This document shows, one piece after another, positions 31,629-44,100 of a stretch of 64,000 nucleotides of DNA. Positions within the stretch are counted from its first letter, which is position 1. Each line of letters begins with the position of its first letter. The DNA comes from the human T2T-CHM13v2.0 reference genome, Homo sapiens: NCBI RefSeq assembly GCF_009914755.1, contig NC_060925.1. One strand, 5' to 3'. Position numbers and translations under genes: made by a program. Under the pieces are notes generated by a model that was given only the letters and a program-made list of their open reading frames with translations, was not told where the DNA came from and made no database searches.

Positions 31629-34600
31629 CTATGACAAAGTTTACCATCAAATAACAATCAAGGGAATCCCTTTTTCTTTGATGAAGTGTCTCTTCATAAT
31701 TATAGATAACAGGCATGTGGAATTTCTAATATCAATGTAAAGATAGGTCATTGGCAGGTTCTAAAAGCATTTTTTGGGTAGGATGGATGTCTCAAGCAAA
31801 GAGTTGGGAAATGACAAACAGAAATTGGAATATGGCCAAAGGATACTGTTAAAAAAAAGAAAGGATAAAAATCGATTGCTTAGCAGAAAAGTTGTACTGT
31901 TAAGAAGTGAAGTTTGTCAGCACGGAGTCTTTGTTCTGCTGATGAGATGAAGAGGGGAAGATGAAGAAAAAGCATATTAGGAAAGCAAAGTCTTCAGCTG
32001 GCTTGAGATATGTGGGTCTGCCAGTCAGTTGAGCCTGACTTGGCTCTGGTAACCACCTCAGGATAATGAAGTTGAGCTGCTTCTGTATGTGACTCACTTG
32101 AGTCTTTCTTAATTGTCCAGTAAGGTCTTCATCATGTTAGCAAGCTGAGTGGCAAAGAAAAGGGAACAGTGGGCTGTTTTTCATTCTTTCCTTCAACAAT
32201 TATTTGTTGAGTTCCTACTGTATACCTCCTAGGATAGGGGAAAGGGATTCAATAGAGATGTAAACTCTTAAATGGAGTTTAAGACCTGCTAGTTATATGG
32301 AGATTGATTGAATAAACATTTTAATGATTCTATAGTTAACTGCCAAGGTTAAGAAAGACAAAACTCTGTGAGACTATATACTAAAACAATACTACTCGCA
32401 AGTTGGGGGACAAAGACAGAATGCAGGTTAGTGAAGGCTTCCCAAAAAGAGTAACACTTGAGCTGAGGCCATAAACAGTAGTTTTCTGAAAGAAGGCGGC
32501 TTGGTGAGAAAGAAAAACAGTCTAAGCAACCAGAACATATGAAAATTCATTAGGAGAACAGATACAAGGGAAAGACTAGTAGCAGTTGCAACATTGTAGC
32601 CATGGAGAGGTTAAATCTCTGTATCAGGCATTATTTGAAACAAGTTCATCTTTAGATGGAGGACACTAACATCATGCTATTCTGGTCATTACTTTCTAGG
32701 TTATGAACTGTGCTTCTCATTTTTTCTTGCATATCTGTCTTTACTTCATTCCTTGAATTTGAAGCACAGTATTTTCTCCAGGATGTCTTCTTAGTCAAAA
32801 CTCATAAACTAGAACATTGAGGAGAGTAAGAAGAATAGTCTATTGAAGATGGGAGAAGGTTGGAAAACAGTAAGAGGTAGAAAAAAGCCTGATACTAGAT
32901 AGTGACAGATTTTGGAAACTGGAACAGGAAATTTGGACGTGAAATTATGGCAATTATATTTTTTTCTCTAAAGGAGTGAAAAGATAAAAGTAATTTTTTA
33001 GGAAGTTCATCTGAGTTTGATACAAAGGATTTATTTACTTAAAAAAATTGTAGTTCCTACAGTAAGGCAAACACTGAATTATCTTGTAATGCTCATTGGA
33101 ATAGCTAAGCATTGATTCTTAATATGTGGGCTGCAAACTATGTATTCCAGATTACCCTGGAAAGTTTGTTGAAATGAAGATTCTGGGGCCCTAATCTAAG
33201 TTTACTGAATTAAAATCTCTCAGATGGAGCCTGAAACTCCACAATTTAACAAGCGCCCCAGGTGATTTGTGCCCAACAAAGATAAAAAATGAATGGGTTG
33301 AAACTCAAGCAAAAGACAATGAAGTTGGAGCAGCCAGCTGGACTGCTGTTTGAGTAATCCAGTTGATTACAACACACAGACTACAATGGTTACCATGGAG
33401 ATTCAAGGGCAAGGGTAAACCTGAGAACTATTTCAAAGGAAACATCATAAAGAGGTAAAAGACTGGATTTCAGAAATGGAAGAGAGAAAAGAGACCAGGA
33501 GAACTAGGATTGCTGCCTCCTGAGAGTCAGTTAGTGACCAAGAGTACTCATTAGGCCTCTAGATATCAGGGATATTCTTGGCAGTGAGAGCAGAGAGAAC
33601 AAAGCTAAAGGTGCTGAAGTAAGGTGACAGCGCTTTAAAGAAGAAGAAAAAAAAAAAGGAAAAAGAAAGATAGCTACCAAGAAAAAAAGTGACCTGGTCT
33701 ACAAAGATGAAGAAACTGTCGATTAGGGTGGAATAAACTTATCATGCAAGAAGTTGGCATAGATACTCGTCTCACCTTAAAGGTGCTTTAAAAATAAAGT
33801 GGGGTCAGGCAAGGCAGATAGGTGGCATAGCAGTTAAGCTCAAGCAGAGATAATGAACAGAAATACCAGAGGAATTAGGATTAAAAGCAATAAAGTCTTG
33901 AATATTGGCGAGAAAAGATGAAGAAGAGAGGTAAGAAGTTTAGGAATTTTCAAAATAAGAAACTTAAGTTATTTCCTAGCAATTCTGAATAGGAAGGGAA
34001 ACAAAAGAGGCGGGGTATGTAGGCAATATTTATGTTGTTCTAATCTTATAAGGTTTATAAAGCTTATTTATTATTATTATTCTACCAAATGCAGATATAA
34101 AGATGTATAGACCTAGACAGGTGTAGAGATAGGAGAAGAGGAAGTTTGTTTCCCTTTTAACATTTTTGTTCCCCTACTAAAAAATGTAAAATATTATAAT
34201 ATTCTAAATTGTGAAGGTATGCTTCAAATATTTTTTACAGTGGTCTCAATAATTAAATTATTTGAATATATCTATATTTTTCAAATAAGTATGGCTTTGA
34301 ATGAGACATGTTTGTTCTGTTACTGTTTTTAAATTTAATATTTATATTCACATTTAATTCCAGTGTATAAGGAGGAGTTCTCACTCCAAACAACAGTGGC
34401 ATGCGAAACCCAAGAGATCAGACCTTGAAAGCTATGCACTAATAGGTTATTTAGTTTTCAAAATCTTAAATTAATAACAATTGGCAATAAAGCTCATTAA
34501 AATTCCTTTTGTTCAGGATCCATTGTGTCGATCTTCAAGCCCTGTTCTTCTAAAATGATTGAAGCTGAGATCTCCACCTAGTGGATATATAGGATTTTGC

Positions 34601-35109
34601 AGATCTTTATGGGAACAGCCAACTATCCCTGGAAATCCTTAATTTTTTTCTCTTAGAGAAATAACAAGTTTTAAAGACTTCTACTTAAATCTAGGATGAT
34701 TGTCAACAGGACAATTGCAAATGTATGAAACATACCAATATGCATATCAGTTACACTACAGTTAACAAAGCTGAATTTTTATTTTCATACTATAATTAGG
34801 AAAACAGATCAAACACAAATATGAATATATAATTATCCATGTAGAAAGCAATATTGTAATACCACTAATTGAGATATGTATAATAATTTACATGAAATAA
34901 ACATCAAATGTAAATCTGCTCAAATACTCTTCTTATGTAGTTTTTCATTTGTTTAAGGCTTTTTTTTTTCAATGTTTGCTTGCTTTTGCAAGACTTGGCA
35001 AAACTTTTCTTACTTGTTTTTTCATTCCTTAGAGAAGCATACTCAGTTAATTGTGTCAGACGTATCCTATGACTCCATCTTTGATTTTTGTCATATATTC
35101 AACTCTGGT

Positions 35110-35120
35110 TTTATTTTATT
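35110..35120 (-). terminator. Candidate LRRC53 polyadenylation signals (two overlapping AATAAA)
   Basis: tttattttatt on + strand ~140 nt past the LRRC53 stop; other AATAAA hexamers exist further downstream, so usage is uncertain. Confidence 0.3.
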
Positions 35121-35257
35121 GATAACAAAGAGTTACTGAGGACGTTGTTGTCCTCCAAAATGATCCACTTCTAATGCATGCAAAGGCTAGTGGGTGTTTG
35201 TCCTCTTGAAGAAAGCTAAAGTAGAAAAGGATTATTATTTGAGTTATTTTGTTCACT

Positions 35258-37581
35258 TTATTCTGTTTCTAAAGGTGATGTAGTAGCATATTCAGCAGAT
35301 GGTGGATACAGTACAGGTTTTGGAGCAGAGTTTTCAGCTTCATTTATTCTGCTAGGAACTAAAAACACCTCATTTTCTGCCTCAAAACTGTCTTTTAACC
35401 CTGGTAAGAAGGAAAGCGCTTCATGTGTCTCCACTGTCATTGCGCCTTCTTTATGTGCACTATCTTTATCTGGTTGAATATTTTGAACTTCTCTAAAATT
35501 ATGTACATTACTGTTAACTTCAGGATCTACTTCACTGCAAAGTATTCTATTTTGGGTTTCATGGGAACTTGTGATACTTAAATCTTTAGCTGTAATGGTC
35601 TCCTCGGCAGAGCTTGCATCATGTAATATATATTTTTCACTTGTTCCATTTTCCCAAGTTTGCTGCCTTTCTTTTGTGATGCCTTTTAAGGTCATTTGTG
35701 AGATCTGAGTTAACATACTAGAATCTGTCTTGCTTTCATCAAGCATATTTTTCTCTTCTTTCCCTACTATTTTTATCTCTAGTGCTTCAGTGCCGTCATT
35801 TCTGGGCAATGCATTTGTGCTGTCAATTCCTTTTTCGCTACTATTGGTTAGGTGCCAAACGGCTTGACTACTAACAGGAGAAGTACTGATATCCTTGGGA
35901 AGTTCTATTCTATTTTGGTATGGAATTGAATTTGTCTTCATAAATGATAGGTTGTTCTTGGATTGTGTTTGGGGAATGAGAGAGGAATCATAAGTTTCTG
36001 TTTTTGAAAGTTTTTTTTCTACATCATTTTCTTCCTTATCCATAATACAATTTTCCACAATTTGATGTGGTATTTGGGGTTTTGTCATTAATGTTTTTTC
36101 TTTATTTTCAAGCTGTGCATGACTTGAATTTTGCTCTCTGTGTTGTAAGCCTTCATTTTGGTCTAAAGTGTATTCCTTGTTGTAGCTGTCAGTCTTGTGA
36201 GCATCTAAAAGTTGTGTTTGATTCCTCGGGGACAAAGAAAACTGATTTAACTCACTGGTCTTTGATACATTCTGTCCCATGTGCTCAGTGGACTCCGTTG
36301 TCCCTTGGTCAGTAGCCCTCCTGGAATGTTGGAATGGTAAAACATCACTTCCTGTATTTTCCCAAGTAGTTGCTAAATAACTAAGCACTTTTGATTCAAG
36401 CTGAGTTGCATCTTCCATTTGCTCAGTTGAGAATTGAGAATGTGAGTGCCTGTGCTCAGCATCAGTGGGTGTAGGTTGGGGCAATTTTGATGTGTTTCCA
36501 TCAGGAATGTGGCCAGCTGAGTAACAGCTGCTTTCTATAGAGCTCTGGTTGACTACACGCAAGTTGTTAGCACTGAGCAGGGGGGCACGTTTAGTGTTTC
36601 GTTGATAATATGGGGTCTGCTTTGAGTCATGTTTCAGAGGCAGCCTCTTTGAAGTGAGTCTAACATAGTTGCTACTCTCTGACTGTTGAAGAAAATCTGC
36701 AGAACACACAGTATTTATTTTGGCTTCTGTCTCAGAAGTTTTGGATAATTTCTTAGGAGGCAACAATACCTGCTTGCATTGCTTTGGGAGACTTGACAAG
36801 GATTTTTCTGGATGGACTCTGACTTTTCTAAAAGGATGTAAATTTAATTTTAAGTTTTGTCCTTTAATTTTCCCTTTGAGGTCAGACTGAGGGGTTCTCT
36901 TCCTTTTCAGAACCCATGAATTAGTAAACCATTTTTCTCCTTTGTTTCTCTCCCCAGTGTTGCTAAATTTTTTAACATCCAACTTAGTCAGTTGGTTACT
37001 TTGATTTTTCTGTCGTTTCCAAGGGGTTGATATTTTGGGTGACATCATCGACCTATTTATTTCTACTAAATCAGGATCATGGAAGATAACCCTCTTTGGG
37101 GAATATGCTTTCTTGGTTTTTGTTGATAATCCTGATAAATCTATGTTGTCCTCACTCATAAGAAATTTTTCTATTGCACTGTTAATTTGGATTTGCTCTT
37201 TCTCAGGCTTTGAGTGTTGTCTACGATTTGGCTTCTTTTCTTTCATGTAATCTTCAAATTGCTCACAGGGCACATATTTACAGATAAGAGAATTGTTTGG
37301 CTGAAAATACCTAGGTTTGCTCTGTTTTAACAGTCCACAAGGATCATCATATTTTGATCTATTTTTTTGTACGATCTTTTGTACATAGTGTTCCTCAGGC
37401 TCACAAGGCTTGGATGATGAGCTTGTAATAAAATGTCTTTGCCTGTGAGGGTGTAAGCCATTGTCTTCTTTTTCTATTGGAGGCTGCCATGATTCATTTG
37501 TTAAACGCTTCTCAAGACTTTCTCCTGCCAAGGCTGAAGCGGGTGTTGCATATCTTCTTCTAAATATGTCACTGCTGATAT
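35258..37581 (-). CDS. LRRC53: LRRC53 last coding exon: long low-complexity cytoplasmic tail ending ...TSPLETE*
   Basis: 784-aa stop-free ORF 35258..37612; acceptor ttgttccacag. Exon sum 88+816+516+2324=3744 nt = 1247 aa + stop, agreeing with the length I recall for LRRC53. Confidence 0.93.
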
Positions 37582-38879
37582 CTGTGGAACAATAAATGCA
37601 AGAATTTAGCACTTAGCAGAGTTTTATTACCCCAACCAAACAGATGCGTAGAAACCTTATGAAAAGTATAAAACTGACTCCTCTGATAATTGCAGTTCTT
37701 CACTATTTCCTAATTTGTAACCAAACCTACAAAGGACATTTGTCAGTCCCATATGTTTTGCAATGACACTCTTTATGGTCACACTGCAGTCAGTTGCGAT
37801 GCTGACTTAAAAGTTGTGGAGTTAGAAATATAAATGTTATTTATAGTCATATATCTTTAGTTGTTGGTTAGGTTAGCTTTAAATATGAATAGTATGTAAA
37901 TCCTTTGTAAATGGCTATAGTAATTTTTTCCTGAATTCATTTCCCATTTGCAACTTAAATATTGGGCAGAACATGGGTGCAATATTGAGTAATGTTCAGG
38001 TTTCAGATAATCAATAATAAGATAATAATTTGACAATGAAAGGGAAATACTTGCAATACTATTGACTCAATGAAAGCAGAGACCATATCTGTTTTATTTC
38101 CCATAACTTAATAAAATGTTCATTAAATATTTGTTAAATAAATAGGTATTTTGAAATATAGCCAGGTTTGTGTGGCAGCAGTCTTTACCTGGGACTTTTA
38201 AAATGGTACAGATTAATATAATATTTAATCTTATTAATCTTATAACTTCTTCTGCTAGCTTCTTTTAAATGTCTGCCTGCAAATTCCTCTTCATGTTACA
38301 ATCTTTCATTTACTAAAGGAAAATAGTACATGATGAACCATTCAGAAAGGAAGCTTCCTTTGACTGTTTGGGGACAGACCATATCTACAGCCCTATAGGC
38401 ACATGTGGAAGAAGGAAACTTGTACTGGCTTCTTCTTAATGTCTGCCTCTAATCTCCTTTTACACATTAAATAATATTAATGACAAAAATAATAGTAATA
38501 CCATTAATTGAGCACATGCTAAGAGCTAGGCATTGTGCTCATAATGTACGTTCATCATCTCTTTTAATATTCACAAGAGACATGATCCATTGGACAGATC
38601 CTACTGTCTTATAACTTTTACAGATGAAGGAATGAGCTTTAAAGAAGTTGAATGCTTTCCCGTAGTCACACATCAGCTAAGTGTTGAAACCAAGAATTGA
38701 ACCCAAGTCTATCTGACATTAAACGACCCTATTGTCTTAACCACAATGCATCTAAAATTTAAAATTATTTATTAGTATACTTTCTATTGTTTCATGAAAT
38801 TTTTTCATCCAGAGGAAGAAGTTTTTTATTCCATGAGAAAAAAGGAAATCTTAACTGCAAAACATCTTAACCGCAAAAA

Positions 38880-38998
38880 ATCCTAACAGCACTATTGCTA
38901 TTTAAAAGGCTATTTTTTTTTTTTCATTTTTAACATTGTTAGGTGTTAGGCCTCAAAATTAACTTTTAGTAGACAGGAGATGTACTCTCAGCTCCTAA
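38880..38998. repeat. ~117-bp dispersed direct repeat, copy 1 (copy 2 at 40352-40466)
   Basis: aacagcactattgctatttaaaaggcta...ggcctcaaaatt...caggagatg...cagctcctaa present in both copies. Confidence 0.9.
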
Positions 38999-40494
38999 GG
39001 GTGGGGATACTCCATCTCCAATTTTCCCCAAGAGGTAAACTAAGTTCCAGACTAGCATCTAATTCCAATCTAAGATCTGCCGTCAACATTCTGGGTGACC
39101 TTGGAGAAGCTGCTTGTTCGCTGTGTATTGGAAGGTTGGACTAGATGGGAGCTTTATGTAAGTAAACAAATTATGTTGGGGAAAGAATCTGTAGCCTTTG
39201 TCAGAGTCTCAGAGAGTTCTGTGACTCAAAGATAAACATTAAGAACTATTAGTCTAGATCTAAAGTACTCTCTACACTGGAAAGTCTATAATTCTTTTTC
39301 CAAGTCAGAAGGCATAATCAGAGTGGCAATTTTTCTTTACCGATTTCTGTTCTGGAGCAGATGTGACCTTGGCTGTTTTCTCCTCAAATACCTGCCCTCT
39401 CTAGTTCTGGTACAATGCCTGGCATAGAGCAGAATTTCTGGTATTTCTTAAAAGTATTCATGTTAATCTGACAAACCAGTGTTCTCAGTGTGAAAACAAC
39501 AGACTGGGTTTTAAATGGTTAAAAGAGCACATCCCCTTCAGTTATAGGAGTTTCCCACAGAGAAGTTCAGGCATTGGACAAAGTTAAAAGATGAAATGAA
39601 AGATCTGCCTAAGGTATGATTCTAATGAAAGGGTAAGTGCTTATTTCTTTATAAAATAAAGCCAGTCTGACCTGGTTTCTATGGCATATGTTTCTTTCCT
39701 CAGCCATCCCTCTGTTGTGTGAAATCATCAACCCCCAGACACTGGTAAGAACTGGAGTGTGGGAATGCAATGGAATAAACTCACATCCTACCTTATAACA
39801 TACGTGAAATAACATATGGTTTTATTCTTATCCAGTCGCCCCAAAATGCATCCTTAGGGCCAGACCCCTGTGGTAAGAATTTCTTGATACAGCACCTCTG
39901 TCATTCATACTCTTAGAGAAAGCTCTGCTTGTTGTGAACCAATTCAAATAAATGACAGGAACCTCTTTACAGAGCAGCTGTCAACATTTTCACTGCTGAG
40001 CCTGAATGCGTAGCCTTACTATTCAGGAAGAAAAAGGAAGACGTTTAATTCATTGCCTTCACCTAAATATTGACATCGCCCATGTACAGTGGGTAGATGT
40101 CACGGCCAGATTCACTTGGCTCCCAGTGTGGGACAATGAATTAAGTCCTGACTTTCCCTGGACTGGGAAGTTATCATCCCTGACAGCTCAGCAAGCAAAG
40201 TACGTTTCTTGACATCATTCCTGAAATGAATCACTAGCATTAGAGGGCCCATTCTTCTAACATGTCATGCTCTGGGAAGGTTGCTTACTGCAGAATTGGC
40301 ATTAGAGCTCGAAGGATGTTGGAATAAAAGCTGATACTAGCTATCCCATAGATCTTAACAGCACTATTGCTATTTAAAAGGCTACTTTTTTCTTTTTTTA
40401 ACATTGTTAGGTGTTGGGCCTCAAAATTTACTTTTAGCAGTCAGGAGATGCACTGTCAGCTCCTAAAAGTAAGAACACTTCATCTCCACCTCAG

Positions 40495-40495
<1 letters not shown>

Positions 40496-40546
<51 letters not shown>
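40496..40546. repeat. (CA)~25 microsatellite
   Basis: Read directly. Confidence 0.97.
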
Positions 40547-40554
<8 letters not shown>

Positions 40555-40682
40555 AGAAAAGGAATAGACTAGTGCTATAGTGATTTTTATAGTATTTCCT
40601 GTTGAGGAAATTAAAGGAGGGAGGCTCCCTCCTTCAAAAAGAATTAAACGGAGTGGGATTTTCTAAAACAAGACAAACTCAC

Positions 40683-41198
40683 CTTCTGTTCTTATTATAT
40701 GGTGTTGCAGAGTTTGAGGCTGGACTTCTCCAGGCTCAAGATTCCATAGCTTTTGAACTTTCCTTGGATTATATGTTGTAAGTAAGCCTGCTTCATTAAA
40801 AGCTCTCATATTTCCAGGAGGCTCTGAACATTCCGAATGCAGCAATCTACCATCCTGGCAAAATAAAGTGCTGCCTACCCCACGGTCTTTCTTTTTCAGG
40901 TTTCTAAATGATCTGTCAAGGGTTGCAGACTCAGAGGCCGATGTTGCTTGATGGCTATTTTCCTGTAAAAGTGGCATTTCTTTTCTGGACCCCACAATGG
41001 ACATGACCTTTATCTCGTTTTCCTGAGTTAAGTGGCAGTTGCAGTATCCCTTAGTGTGGTAATTTCTTGCCTCATGAGCACACAGGGGTTCATCGAAGGT
41101 TCTGCAACAAAGGTTTTCTGATGTGTGTTCATTTGCTTTGCCTTGGTGGAGTTTCCAGTTAAATACAACTAAACCTAGGCAAGTGAGACCAACAGCTC
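40683..41198 (-). CDS. LRRC53: LRRC53 exon: second half of the TM helix and Cys/His-rich juxtamembrane region
   Basis: ORF 40663..41250; acceptor tttgtcatag, donor AAG|gtgagt; 516 nt, phase 1-1; joins to give VALLTVLGFAGAVGLTCLGLVVF. Confidence 0.92.
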
Positions 41199-44100
41199 CT
41201 ATGACAAATAGAGAGACCATTAAAAGATAACATCTTGGGAAGAAACACATAAATCATCAAATGTAAAAACCACAAATATAAAGGTTAATGGCTTGAAAGA
41301 TATCAGAATGGGTAGGAAGTCCTTCACCATTTGGAAAAATATCAGTCCAGACAGAGGCTACCATTGACATTGTTCTGCTTTCCAATTTGGATCTTTATAC
41401 CTATTAAAAATTATAAGAAACAACACCATCTGGAATCTCTTTGGTAGAAAAAAAGGCTGTTTCATGAACTGAAACTCATTTAAGATAAAACAGTTCCTGC
41501 AGTAACATTATTTTTTCGGTCTACGTCACCTCCTTTTATGAACTCTCATAATAGAGTGAATGACTTCTAATCTCAGACTGCCTGGTACTGTCATTTCATG
41601 TTCTATGTAGTTTGTCCTCTGAATAAAATTGCAAGATCCAGTGTTTCTCAAACCCATGTGCCGACTCTAACCTGTTTCTATTTCACTTTTTCCTGTCTTG
41701 ACAAATGGCATCCTCAACCACCTAAATGTTCAAACCAATGTCCCTGAGTCATATCCTCATTATCTGTCTATCACAATGATTTCCCTTGTTTTTTCACCCT
41801 TATGAGGTGTATTATTCTGTTTATTCATTCATATGCTTGTTCGCAGACTGTCCTCCTCTGCTACAACTGAGCACTGTGAGGCAACACATCCTTTTAGTCC
41901 TGTTCAACATTCTATCCCCAGTGTCCACAACTCTGAGACAAAGGAGGCAGAAATATTTATTAAATATTCTTAAATCAACAGAAGGGATTCTGTTTATGAA
42001 TTCTGATAATGAAATCATTGGTGATCTAATCTTATAAATTCTCAAGATGTGATTAGGAAGATATGGTGTCAGTACAGATTGAATAAAGAGATCTGTGCCC
42101 TAAACCCACATCTGCCTGAGGACAGTGCCCTTTTCTGGAAATAAAGACAGCATTCCAGATTCTTTGACTGGCTACACCATGTCTAGTTTTATCCACTGGA
42201 GACAATATTAATGAAAACATATTTTTAAAACTTAAATGAAAAGGGAGGGTATCAGGTCATAATTGTTTCTTTTTTTTCTGTTAAAGATGAAGAGCAAACA
42301 TGGAGAATAGCAGTTTCTGGTAAAATCCTCATACCATTGTATAGTTTACCATATCTTGAACTCTTAAATCTATTTGAATTCATTTGCCAACAATACACTC
42401 TTGGAAAGTGCTATAACATATTGAAGCAATCTCTATTAAAGGCACATTTTTAAAGTTGTAGCAAAATTATGTAAATAATAATCCTTTTATTGACAGATAG
42501 ATTCTAGAGTTTGAATTATCCCAAACAAGGATTTTGGTTTTAAAATGTTAAAGAATATATTAAAAAATTAAAAATTAGAACCACTCTTTAACTCATATGG
42601 GTAAGAAAACTCAAGATTCAAAGCTATATTCTGACACTTTTCTTGGGTATTTTCTAATTCCTCTAACACTTATTTTTTTTCTCCTTTCACAAATGAGGAT
42701 AACTAATACTACCCAGGGATTAAATAATATATGTGACATGTTTAATACAGTGCTTTGATTCAGTGAATGTTCATTGTGATTTGTGATTATTATTACTGAG
42801 CTACCATTGTTTAGGTTTTGCATTGCTCTATTGGTTCCTGGAAGACTCACCTGTCAGGAACAAAAAAATCCAAAAAATAAATCATTATGATGATATTTTA
42901 AATGACTAGTGCAGTTAGTAGACCAAATAATGAAGGAACAAAAGGGCTAAGTTTTCTTTAAGACAAGAATCAGCCACTGAAATGAGAGTAAACATAATTT
43001 GATTATAGGATACAGTTTCTCCTCTAATTGTGTCTGAATGGCAGGGACCCACTCACTCCCCTGCTCTTGATACTAGGTATATATCTGTATCCCATTACCA
43101 GTCAGGTATGGTCACTTTCCATTAGTGCAGAAAGCAAAAGCAGCAAATGAAGCTTGTAGGCAGGCGGAGTGTGCTATTAAGAAGACGTTTGAATTTTCTT
43201 TGCCATGGGCATTGTTTCTATTTTTAAAAAGTGTTCTAACAATCTACCTGTGTTGGCAAGAGAAAAAGGGAAAATTAATGATAAGTTCTTATTGAAACAT
43301 TAGAAACACATTACAGCTTCATAAAAACTTTTTATCTACCAGTTCATAGTGTAAGTGTCAAGATATTAGTGTTTGATGCCAAATAACCATTTATTAGTTT
43401 TAAATTTACAAATATAGCTATTTATGTTCTTTGGAATTTTTATGACTTAGATATAGCTGAAGAAGAAAATGGTCTCATAGGCAAAATTATAGTTCTAAGT
43501 GTTTTTCCCACAATCTAGAAGTATAGATAACTCACCACACGTGTGCTTCAGAAAGAGTGGAATCTTAATGGAGCAAATTAACATCAAAAATCAGAGTCTT
43601 TTTAAAGAAGAATCTCTTCTCAAAGCACTACAATTTAACAATTATTTGATGAAAGATATATTAGTATGATAATTCACACCAAAACTTAACATATATGTAA
43701 TCATATTTATAATTTATCAGAATTTATTCATGTATATTAAGCTCCCAGTCATTTTGACAAAACTTTTGGAATCTTCTAGAATTTGTATTCATCTCAATAC
43801 TAATAAAGAACTGTTAATGTAGCTAAATATATTTCTGAATACATATTTCTGAAAACAGATGTAAAAGTAACTAAAAGATACTAAAAATTGCTCTATTATA
43901 ATATTTCCAAAACGATGTCCTCTAGAACACAAATTCAATGAAATCCTCTATGAAAAAAAGGGATCATGGCCAAATAAGTTCAAGAAATGCTCCATATCAC
44001 ACCTTCTTCTTAGAAATTTATAGTGCTTATTAGAAAATGAAAGGTTACGAGAAGTGCTGCAGTGAGTATACCTGTTTCACTTTGCTTAACTTAGTACCTT

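Noticed and set aside
30564-31657. Cluster of GC-rich ORFs / apparent CpG island
   Set aside because: Explained by the LTR12 sequence.
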